Source: Octopus sinensis
Lineage: Eukaryota
NCBI RefSeq assembly: GCF_006345805.1
Contig: NW_021833436.1
Span: forward strand, 11,132-75,131
Reading direction: 5' to 3'
DNA: 64,000 nucleotides
A model generated the notes under the pieces. That model was given only the letters and a program-made list of their open reading frames with translations. It was not told the DNA's origin and did no database searches. Made by a program: the position numbers and the translations under genes. Shown one piece after another: positions 1-11,454 of the stretch; the first letter of the stretch is position 1, and each line of letters starts with the position of its first letter.

Positions 1-1773
1 GAGGAAAAAACCTTACATTGAATAAAATACATATTGACGTTAATGAAGGAAATATAATTAATGCATGGAAATTAAAAGCATTATAAATATTACACTGCAA
101 TACATATTCATATTAAAGTGTACATATATATATCAACATACACAGAAGGATGCGTGCAAACGCCATACATATACAGACGTATAAATATAAATCTAAAATA
201 TACACACCAATGCATGCATACATATATGTACGCAATCTGTCTCGCACGCAAGTTAAAATCATCGATGCTAATGTAGCGTTTCTTATTTACGGAGTAAAGC
301 TTAAGTAAGGGGGACGCAAAGTTGTATGTACCAGTATCAGTTAGAGAAAAAAAACGAAAGAAAAGAAGAGAGAGAAAAAGGAACGAAGAAGGGGGAAGGA
401 AAAAAGAAAAAGGAGGGGTGGGGTAAAAACGAAATAAGAAAAATTAAGTATACAAGCTGTGTAACCGCGTTATTGACATATATAGAGACAAGTATAAAAA
501 TACACAAGTTCGAATGGATACATACACATACACTCGCGTATGTGTGTGCTTAAGCACAAACATACGCTCACTTACACAGACACAGAGACGTATGCTTACA
601 AATACATATCCATGGCTATACACATATTTACATCAAAATTCTAAGTTTTGACAACATTGCTTTTTAAAAAAGGTGAGTGCAATAATGAAAAATATACGAA
701 AGACATATAAAAATATAACACCCTATGTTGGATCATCTATAAATTAAAAATCAAGGTAATCCTATACAATACAATAACATGAAATAATCAAAGCCGAAGG
801 TTTTTCCTAATGTATATGTAGAAATATAAACAAAATAAACAAAATATATGCATGAGACTTTGCTATACGGAATGAAATCTGCATAGCGCGTAACAAATCC
901 ATCGTCGCGTTTACATACTAGTCCAAGAGTCAAAATCAATATTTCAAAAATCAAAAATACAAAATATATACTCTATCTATATGGTATATTATATTTGACA
1001 TTTTAAATTTGGTTGCGTGCCTACATAAGTTCATTAGCTCACTTCTTTGATTCAAAGAATTATTGTCTTTGAATAAAATATACAGTTTCTCTAATAGGCA
1101 AAGCTTGCATTAAAAATTATTTCTGTGTGCTCCATGCCTGTATGGTGCCGCTCTATCCAGAATGCTCCATGTCACGTTGAAAGGTGGGGTTTCCTTTCCT
1201 TTTAGTTCCCAGACATATTTTGCTAGGCTGGTCCTCTTCCTATTCTCTGGGTATCTAAATGAATTTTTATGTGAATAAAATCGTGTTTTAAATGAATTTT
1301 CTGAAGCCCCTGTATATGTCTTGTATTCCGATGAGCCTTCTATTTGCACCTTGGCTCTATAAACTACTCCTTTAACTAGACATTTCCCTTCTAACGGACA
1401 CGAGTTTTCGTTTTTGAAATTGCATTTCTTAATGGGCTCGGCACCATGTCTAATCTCAATCAGATTCCTAGTATGCTGGCTAATGTAAGAGGCGAAATTT
1501 CTGCAACAAGAATAGCTAACCTTCAGGGTTCTTCTATTAAATATCCTATAGAATTTATGGCCCTGCTTAAAATGCTTAGAGACTAATCTCAAAAATGCCT
1601 TACCTATATTAGTCTTTACGGCCAAATTGAAAGCCCATTCGTTTTTTTCTCTAACTGATACTGGTACATACAACTTTACGTCCCCCTTACTTAAGCTTTA
1701 CTCCGTAAATAAGAAACGCCACATTAGCATCGATGATTTTAACTTGCGTGCGAGATAGATTGCGTACATATAT
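1..1773 (-). mobile_element. 5'-truncated Penelope-like retroelement (GIY-YIG endonuclease plus 3' pseudo-LTR region)
   Basis: ORF 1110-1673: FNLAVKTNIGK..KVSYSC..CPLEGKCLVKGVVY..YTGASENSFKTRFYSH. After one in-frame stop it continues CKLCLLEK..LNQRSELMNLCRH. Inverted segment at the 5' junction. Confidence 0.88.
222..1773. repeat. Inverted repeat, arms 222-358 and 1638-1773
   Basis: atatatgtacgcaatctgtctcgcacgcaag...gagaaaaaaaacgaa is the reverse complement of 1638-1773 with few mismatches. Confidence 0.9.
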
Positions 1774-2028
1774 CGGTTCCATTTTAGCAAAAATTGTCTG
1801 ATGAACGGCAACGAGAAACTCAGAGTAACAGATATTGTTAAATTTTCTGCTGCTTTAAATAAAGCATATTTCTCTACCACTGGTATTTGAGTACTATTTT
1901 TTCCACCTTGTTTCACATTTATGTGTTTACTCCGGTATATATATATATATATATATATACGTTACCTATTATGCGTATATATATCAAGTTTATATTTCTG
2001 TGCGTGCGCATGTGTTCATGCATGTATG

Positions 2029-2062
<34 letters not shown>

Positions 2063-2076
2063 TATATGTATGTATG

Positions 2077-2109
<33 letters not shown>

Positions 2110-2115
<6 letters not shown>

Positions 2116-2640
2116 CTATAAAACAATACTGGGAGGATAGAGACGGAACGAAGTGAAAATTCGAAAAGTCGAAAATTCGAACGAACCCGACGCGAGCGCT
2201 GTCAGACAATAGTGTAATAAATAAAATATATGCATACATACAAACATATATGTACGTACCGACATCTACATGTATATATACATGCATATATAAATATATA
2301 TACGTACAGGACACCACAAAAAGACGTAAAACTCAACAGAAACGATAACGGAAAAGCCGTTTTGTTACAACAGACGGACGAGAACGAAAACAGGAAAAAC
2401 ATTAAGTACAACAGAAAAACGAGGTACAGGAGATGCTACACAAGGAAAAATCCCCTTCATCAGCTGTCACTAGCAGACATAGCGTGTTTCGAAGGCAAGA
2501 CAGGACACGTCTGGTCATGCTAGGCCTTCCTACGAGAGAATTAAAATAAAATAATCTCGCAGAGGGGTAAAACAAGCAAGAAAAAATGTAACACAAAAAG
2601 GGACGTAACAAAGAACTGCACAATAAAATACAAGAACAAA
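2110..2640 (+). repeat. Dispersed non-coding repeat; inverted copy at about 47580-48220
   Basis: Shared blocks atatgcatacatacaaacatatatgtacgtac..., catcagctgtc.ctag...gtttcgaaggcaagacag and gagagaattaaaataaa. Confidence 0.8.
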
Positions 2641-2642
2641 AT

Positions 2643-5600
2643 ACCAGTATTCAACCCAAGAATAACAATGGAGCGGTACGTACTTTAAACTTACAACAAA
2701 AAATGTACGGAAAGCTACACGTGCGAAATAATGTGACAACAGAAATGAACGGACCGATACCCTACGAAAATGACGACCGTCAAAATAATGGGCCGGGCGT
2801 TGTTCCTCATGTCCCGCAAATAAAACCCAAAAGACATAAATGGACACATTTCTATCTTACACGCATACTTCACAGCAGTGCTCTACCAAAAAAATGAAAA
2901 GACAACAACACATACATATAAAATATGGAAGGAAAATAACATAAATATAGACTTGGATATAGCAATGAACCCTAATAAATTAGCTAACGTACGAAGATAC
3001 ATTCTCAAAGCAAAAGAAATATCAGAAATAGAAATAGAACATCTAAAAGAAACAATACACAAGGAAAATGTAGATAGAAGCCACACAACAATACCCAATA
3101 ATATAAACACTGAAATATTAAAACACGAAGACAAACGAAACATTCCCAACAAACACGATGTAAACAACGAAGGGGAGCCTAATGATTATGATAATATAAA
3201 AAGTAAAATAATCAAAGAACTGAAAACCACAGAGCTCAAAATGGCCCACCGACCATACCTCCCAAGAATCAAAATAGACGAAACAAAACACCAATTATAA
3301 ACAGCATAAAACTAACCGTCACTGAACTAATAGCCACTGAAACAAAAAGCGACATCACTGAGCTAAATGACTTAGTATACGCAGCAGCCACTGCAGCCAC
3401 AGAAGAAGCTGGATACTCACTCAAACCCATCCAAACAGGAGTACCAACACCCAAACAAACCCTGTGGATAAATAACATCCAAAACAAAATACAAAAAATG
3501 AGAAAAGATCTGTCGATTCTTAATGAAATCAGCAGACAATCAACGCTACTGAGCAACAAAAAGAAAACAAAAATACTCCGCAAATATAACATCACAGAAA
3601 AAGATTTACCTGAGATAAAAGAAAAGCTGAAGCAAGATATCCTTGCCAAAGCACAAAGAATCCGCCGGTACGAGAACCGCCAGCGCTTCTTTGAACAAAA
3701 CAAAAAGTTCAACTCCAGCCCCAAAAAGTTCTACCAAGAACTTGGCAAAAATAAAATAGAAATCACTGCAGCACCAACGGCAGAAGAAGTGGAAGAATTC
3801 TGGAGAGAAATATGGTCGGCGAACGAACAACCAAAAGAAAGGAGTATCAAAATAACAAACTCGGCATCTGAACAACTTTGGATCACCATAACAACTGAAG
3901 AGGTCACCCAGGCACTGCAAAGACTAAGCAACTGGAAGGCACCTGGGCATGACAAGATCCCCAACTTCTGGTTGAAATATCTAACAGGAATGCACAAAAA
4001 GCTGGCTGAAAACTTTAACAACATGCTAGCAGAGCCAGAGACAAGGCCTGAATGGCTCACGAAGGGGAAAACCATCTTAATTCCCAAATCAAATGAGACA
4101 GCAAAACCAGAAAACTACATACCAATAACCTGTCTCCTTACAATGTTCAAGGCATTTACTGCAGTGATATCGCAAAGGTTGAACAAGCACCTGGACGAAA
4201 ACAAACTGTTCCCAGAAGAGCAGAAAGGATGCCGCAAAAGCTCATATGGCTGTAAAGATCAACTAATGATTAATAAAGCCATAACTGAAGACAGCCACAG
4301 AAAGAAGAAAGGCCTCAGTATGGCCTGGATCGACTACAAAAAGGCGTTTGATAGCATCCCCCACACATGGATCCTCGAAACACTAGCCATTAACAAAGTA
4401 GCACCAACAATCATAAAATTCATAGGGCACTCTATGAATAAATGGCAAACAGTCCTACACCTCCAAACAAAAGAGGGACTCATGAAAACCAAAGACATCC
4501 CCATTAGAAAAGGAATATTCCAAGGAGACACGCTCTCTCCACTCCTTTTCTGCTTGGCACTGTCACCCCTATATGATTTGCTAAATAGAACTGGATGTGG
4601 ATATAAATGTTACGGCAAAACGATCAGCCACCTTTTATATATGGATGACCTAAAACTATACGCTGCAAATGACAACAGCTGGAAACACTATTAAAGACAG
4701 TTCATGGATTTACCAAAGAAATAGATATGAAATTTGGATTAGAAAAATGCGCCAAAGTAACCCTGAAAAGAGGAAAACTAGTGAAGAGTAGCAGCATCAC
4801 ACTAGATAAAACCAATGAAATAAAAGAATTAGACCAAAGCCAAACTTACAAATACTTAGGAATCCATGAACTAGATAAGACACAACACACACAAATGAAA
4901 GAGAAAATAAAAAAAAGAATATTATAGACGAGTTAGCTCAATACTAAAAACAGAGCTCAATGCTAAAAACAAGATAATAGGTATTAACACTTTAGCTGTC
5001 CCAGTTATAAGTTACAGCTACAATATCCTTAACTGGACACTAAATGAACTGACCAAAATAGATAGGAAAACAAGAAAAATAATGTCAGAATCTAGGATGC
5101 CTCACCCAAACTCTGACATAGAAAGACTATACATACAACTTATAGAAGGTGGTAGAGGCCTTATACAACTGGAAAACTACTATAAAATAACCACCATAGG
5201 ATTGCAAAAATATCTACTTCAGAAGGAAGAAAAACTGATACAAATAGCGGCAAAACACGAGCAAAACAAAAAATTGTTGTCAGTATTTAAGGAAGCTGAC
5301 AAATACAAACAAGAAATCATACCACCTAATAAATATGAAGAAGAAGAAGAAGATGAAGAAACAACAAAAGCTATAAAACAAATGAAATCCAAACTAAAAA
5401 TAGAACAGCAACGAACCATGATAAAACGATGGCAAGAAAAGCCCCTTCATGGTAAATACTGCACTAAACTAAACGCAAAAGAAATAGACAAAGAAAAATC
5501 TCAGCAATGGTTGAGAAGCACAAGACCAAAGCCTCCCCACCAGAAATTACCCAAAACATGTAATGAAAAGAAATATAACAAGTAACTGCAGAATATGTGG

Positions 5601-6298
5601 AGATGGACAAGAAACAATAAATCATATTATCTCTAGCTGACCAGTCCTGGCTAAGAAGGAATATATTCACAGACATGACAGGGTTGGAACCTACATACAC
5701 TGGAAGCTATGCCAACATTATGGAAAAACAACAGAAGAAAGATGGTATAGGCACACACCAGAAAATGTCACAGAAAACGAGAAAGCAGCCATACTCTGGG
5801 ATATGCCGATACACACAGATAGAGAAATTAAGGCCAACAGACCAGATATAGTTGTCAAAGATCATGAAGAAAAAAATGCTTTCTAATTGATGTATCAATA
5901 CCGGCTGATGACAACGTGTCTCTAAAAGAAATGGAGAAACTCTCAAATTACAAAGACCTGGAAATAGAGGTAGCCAGAATGTGAAATCTAAAGACAGAAA
6001 CAATTCCTATCATAGTAGGTGCATTAGGCATGATAAAAAAATATTCAGACAAATACATAACAAAAACACCAGGACTTACAAACACATATAACATACAGAA
6101 AATTGCACTACTAGGCACTGCACACATCCTACGCAGAACACTTTCCATACAATAACCATCAGAGCATCACAACAAATCACAGCACATACCCAAGGCACAC
6201 AGAGCTGCGCTCGGTAGTAAAGTGATAGCACGCTATAAAAATAAAACTACTGAATAATAATGATAATAACGATAATAATAATAATAATAATAATAATA

Positions 6299-6350
<52 letters not shown>
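2643..6350 (+). mobile_element. Near-full-length R4/Dong-clade non-LTR retrotransposon (RT plus restriction-like endonuclease), frameshifted
   Basis: NWKAPGHDKIPNFWLK, EQKGCRK, WIDYKKAFDSIPH, QGDTLSPLLF, YMDD; zinc knuckle CRIC..ETINH; RHD; RPDIVV..LIDVSIP..KEMEKL; stop at 6155; (TAA)n tail. Confidence 0.93.
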
Positions 6351-6351
<1 letters not shown>

Positions 6352-7230
6352 TAGGGTTTCTTCATAGCCAACAAGAGAGAAGAAACCCTATTCCATATGG
6401 AATTACATGGTAAGTTCCACCGTGAAACCAACAAATTAAAAGACCAGGAAGCATCATAGAGGTGACTTAACAAGGGTGACCAAAAAAGGATAGTAAAAGC
6501 CTAATCATCGCTACCCAGTATCAGGCATTAAATACCAATTCAACGAAAAATAACATATAACAAACAAGCGCATCGGACCTTTGCAGCATTGTGGGAAGAG
6601 GTCGAAAATGGGAAACACATTTTTAGTATTTGTGAAAGACTTGCCCAGGAAGGGTACTAGCGTTGACACTACAAAGTAGCCCCAAACCTCCACTGGCCAC
6701 TATGCCGTAAGTATGGATATGAGGTTACTGAGTTCAAGGGTGCTTCATACCAACATACACCGGAAAAGCAATGGACGAAAAAAGGGAAGGCAAATCTCCT
6801 CTGGGACATTTCCAGATAGGCAATGTGTTAGAGCAGCGAAGGCTAGATAGAGTAATATTTAGGTGGGACAACCAAGAGTGTCTAATAGTCGACGTAGCAG
6901 TGCCAGGAGATCAACGTATCATGAAAGAAAGAGAAACAGTTGATAAATATGGCGACCTGAAAACTGAGATACGAACATAAAGGTTATCCCTATTGTTATC
7001 GGAGCATTAGGTTCAATACCATCTAATCTGAAAAAACATCTGAAAACTTTAGAGATACCCTACAATCTAGATGTATTGCTAAAGTCGGCACTATTTGGAA
7101 CTTCATGCATATTGCGTGAAGTACTGTCTGCCTGAAGCCCTTGTTGTAAATTGACGGATAGTGCAAACTCCCCAGTAGACACAATATAATCAATCAACCA
7201 CCTCACGATATGTTATACTGTGCGACATAT
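6351..7230 (+). mobile_element. Fragment of a second R4/Dong-type family (RLE end), multiply deleted
   Basis: RLDRVIFRWDNQECLIVDVAVPGD..KERETVDKYGDLK, then VIPIVIGALG; followed by (TAA)n. Confidence 0.8.
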
Positions 7231-7264
7231 ATAATAATAATAATAATAATAATGATGATAATAA

Positions 7265-7350
<86 letters not shown>

Positions 7351-7354
<4 letters not shown>

Positions 7355-8277
7355 CTACGAAGAAATTAAATGCCACCGATACTATTCTACCCAAGAATAA
7401 CAATCGAGCGGTACGTACATTAAACTTACATTAAAAAATGGACGAAAAACTACACGTGCAAAATAATGTGACAACAGAAATAAACGGACCGGTACCCTAC
7501 GAAAATGACGACCGTCAAAATAATGGGCCGGACGTTGTACCTCATGTCCCGCAAATAAAACCCAAAAGACGTAAATGGACACGTGAGGAATACATTTCTA
7601 TCTTACACGCATACTTCACAGCAATGCTCTACCCAAAAAATGAAAATACAACAACACATACATATAAAATATGGAAGGAAAATAATAGAGATATAGACTT
7701 GGATACAGCAATGAACCCTAATAAATTAGCTAAAGTACGAAGATACATTCTCAAAGCCAAAAAATATCAGAAATAGAAATAGAACATTTAAAAGAAAAAA
7801 TACACCAGGAAAATGTAGATAGAAGCCACACAACAATGCCCAATAATATAATTAAGGCCAACAGACCAGATATAGTTGTCAGAGATCATGAAGAAAAAAA
7901 TGCTTTCTAATTGATGTATCAATACCGGCAGATGACAACGTGTCTCTAAAAGAAATGGAGAAACTCTCAAAATACAAAGACCTGGAAATAGAGGTAACCA
8001 GAATGTGGAATCTGAAAACAGAAACAATTCCTATCATAGTAGGTGCATTAGGCATGATAAAAAAATATTCAGACAAATACATAACAAAAACACCAGGACT
8101 TACAAACACATATAACATACAGAAAATTGCACTACTAGGCACTGCACACATCCTACGCAGAACACTTTCCATACAATAACCATCAGAGCATCACAGCAAA
8201 TCACAGCACATACCCAAGGCACACAGAGCTGCGCTCAGTAGTGAAGTGAAAGCACCCTATAAAAAAAACTACTGAAT
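7351..8277 (+). mobile_element. Internally deleted derivative of the Dong element at 2643-6255
   Basis: 7351-7848 matches the 5' part (to about 3104) and joins directly to sequence matching 5827-6255; flanked by (TAA)n. Confidence 0.9.
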
Positions 8278-8304
8278 ATAATGATAATAACGATAATAAT
8301 AATA

Positions 8305-8342
<38 letters not shown>

Positions 8343-9279
8343 TAATAATAATAATAATATAATAATAATGTAGGGTTTCTTCATAGCCAACAAGAGAGAA
8401 GAAACCCTATTCCATATGGAATTACATGGTAAGTTCCACCGTGAAACCAACAATTAAAAGACCAGGAAGCATCATAGAGGTGACTTAACAAGGGTGACCA
8501 AAAAAGGATAGTAAAAGCCTAATCATCGCTACCCAGTATCAGGCATTAAATACCAATTCAACGAAAAATAACATATAACAAACAAGCGCATCGGACCTTT
8601 GCAGCATTGTGGGAAGAGGGTCGAAAATGGGAAACACATTTTTAGTATTTGTGAAAGACTTGCCCAGGAAGGGTACTAGCGTTGACACTACAAAGTAGCC
8701 CCAAACCTCCACTGGCCACTATGCCGTAAGTATGGATATGAGGTTACTGAGGTTAAGGGTCTTCATACCAACATACACCGGAAAAGCAATGGACGAAAAA
8801 AGGGAAGGCAAATCTCCTCTGGGACATTTCCAGATAGGCAATGTGTTAGAGCAGCGAAGGCTAGATAGAGTAATATTTAGGTGGGACAACCAAGAGTGTC
8901 TAATAGTCGACGTAGCAGTGCCAGGAGATCAACGTATCATGAAAGAAAGAGAAACAGTTGATAAATATGGCGACCTGAAAACTGAGATACGAACATAAAG
9001 GTTATCCCTATTGTTATCGGAGCATTAGGTTCAATACCATCTAATCTGAAAAAACATCTGAAAACTTTAGAGATACCCTACAATCTAGATGTATTGCTAA
9101 AGTCGGCACTATTTGGAACTTCATGCATATTGCGTGAAGTACTGTCTGCCTGAAGCCCTTGTTGTAAATTGACGGATAGTGCAAACTCCCCAGTAGACAC
9201 AATATAATCAATCAACCACCTCACGATATGTTATACTGTGCGACATATATAATAATAATAATAATAATGATGATAATAA

Positions 9280-9332
<53 letters not shown>

Positions 9333-10318
9333 TAATAATAATAATAATAATATAATAATAATAAACTACGAAGAAATTAAATGCCACCGATACTATTCTA
9401 CCCAAGAATAACAATCGAGCGGTACGTACATTAAACTTACATAAAAAATGGACGAAAAACTACACGTGCAAAATAATGTGACAACAGAAATAAACGGACC
9501 GGTACCCTACGAAAATGACGACCGTCAAAATAATGGGCCGGACGTTGTACCTCATGTCCCGCAAATAAAACCCAAAAGACGTAAATGGACACGTGAGGAA
9601 TACATTTCTATCTTACACGCATACTTCACAGCAATGCTCTACCCAAAAAATGAAAATACAACAACACATACATATAAAATATGGAAGGAAAATAATAGAG
9701 ATATAGACTTGGATACAGCAATGAACCCTAATAAATTAGCTAAAGTACGAAGATACATTCTCAAAGCCAAAAAATATCAGAAATAGAAATAGAACATTTA
9801 AAAGAAAAAATACACCAGGAAAATGTAGATAGAAGCCACACAACAATGCCCAATAATATAATTAAGGCCAACAGACCAGATATAGTTGTCAGAGATCATG
9901 AAGAAAAAAATGCTTTCTAATTGATGTATCAATACCGGCAGATGACAACGTGTCTCTAAAAGAAATGGAGAAACTCTCAAAATACAAAGACCTGGAAATA
10001 GAGGTAACCAGAATGTGGAATCTGAAAACAGAAACAATTCCTATCATAGTAGGTGCATTAGGCATGATAAAAAAATATTCAGACAAATACATAACAAAAA
10101 CACCAGGACTTACAAACACATATAACATACAGAAAATTGCACTACTAGGCACTGCACACATCCTACGCAGAACACTTTCCATACAATAACCATCAGAGCA
10201 TCACAGCAAATCACAGCACATACCCAAGGCACACAGAGCTGCGCTCAGTAGTGAAGTGAAAGCACCCTATAAAAAAAACTACTGAATAATAATTATCATA
10301 ATAATAATAATAATAATA

Positions 10319-10349
<31 letters not shown>

Positions 10350-10371
10350 TATTATTATTATTATTATTATT

Positions 10372-11400
10372 ATAATCTAGGTAAAATTGAGCGGTGATTA
10401 AGAGGAAACTGGAAAAATGGGAAAAAGACCGACCGAGAAAAATTAGAGAAGAAATATAAAATACGGAAGTTCGGGTTTGATGCAGTAATAGAGCAGTTAA
10501 AACAGAAAATCATGGCAAAAAGCCAGAAGATCAGAAGACTTGTGGACAGAAATAAACAGTTCGAGGAGAACAGTTTATTCAAAAATAACCCAAAAGTTAG
10601 AAGGAGACAATGAGGAATATGTTGCTCCTGATGTAAATCAAATCAAGGAGTTCTGGAGCGGATTATCGGGAATCAATGTGGTACACAAGTGGGATGCAAT
10701 GTGTGTAGGAACTATCAAGGTAGACTTACAAGGAGGAAAGAAACAAGGGAATATTATCATAAGTACGGGCGATGTGAAAGAACAAGTGGGTAAAGTGTGT
10801 AACTGGAAAATGTAGAAAATGTAACCTTCTTGGTAAATGGATATTAGAGCCTTGCACATAAAGAATACAAGCGCCGCCACGATAAAATGTGCGTGTATCT
10901 TCTTTGACACTTATGCCGTAAATACCAATATGAAGTAACAGAGAACTGGTATGACCAAGTAAATATAAGCAGGAGGATGGAAAAGTAACGATACTCTGGG
11001 ACTAATTATCAGATGGATCGTGTAATCGAACACCGTCGGCCGGATATTGTCATATTGAATGAGGGAGAAGAATACTGTCAAATAATTGACGTTGCCATAC
11101 CAAATGACATGAATGTTGTGAGTAAAGAGGTTGAAAATTCACCAAGTACTCCGAATGAAAAGTGGAAATGGCAAGACTGTATAGAATGGGCTCAATCCCT
11201 ATGAATCTTCAAAACTTCTTAAGGCAACTGGAAATCCCATGCAAGATCGAGGTCTTGCAAAAAGCAGCCTTATTGGGTACAGCGCACATCTTAAAGCAAG
11301 TATTATCTGTCTGAGGTCCTTGTGACTTAACAGATGACAAGACTACGGTGCATTTTTACCTACACTATGTTACGAAACAACAACAACAATAATAATAACG
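10372..11400 (+). mobile_element. Fragment of a third R4/Dong-type family
   Basis: EQLKQKIMAKSQKIRR, KEFWSGL, CNWK, KRRHDK, HRRPDIVIL..CQIIDVAIPND, LQKAALLGTAHIL; (CAA)/(TAA) tail. Confidence 0.82.
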
Positions 11401-11454
11401 ACAACAAGAACAACAATAATAATAATGATGATGATAATGATGATGATGATTTCA

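Larger units (their letters stand above)
6351..10320 (+). repeat. Tandem duplication of a ~2.01 kb unit (6351-8369 / 8370-10320)
   Basis: Identical ORFs at offset 2010 (7438/9448, 7940/9950). Differences are mainly in (TAA)n lengths and homopolymer indels. Confidence 0.95.

Noticed and set aside
1887-2121. YIYI/CVCV/HTHT ORFs here and throughout the window
   Set aside because: Products of (TA)n, (TG)n and (TATG)n microsatellites.
6255-10370. Regularly spaced repeats that might suggest a CRISPR-like array
   Set aside because: The units are retrotransposon fragments separated by (TAA)n; eukaryotic context, no cas genes, no unique spacers.
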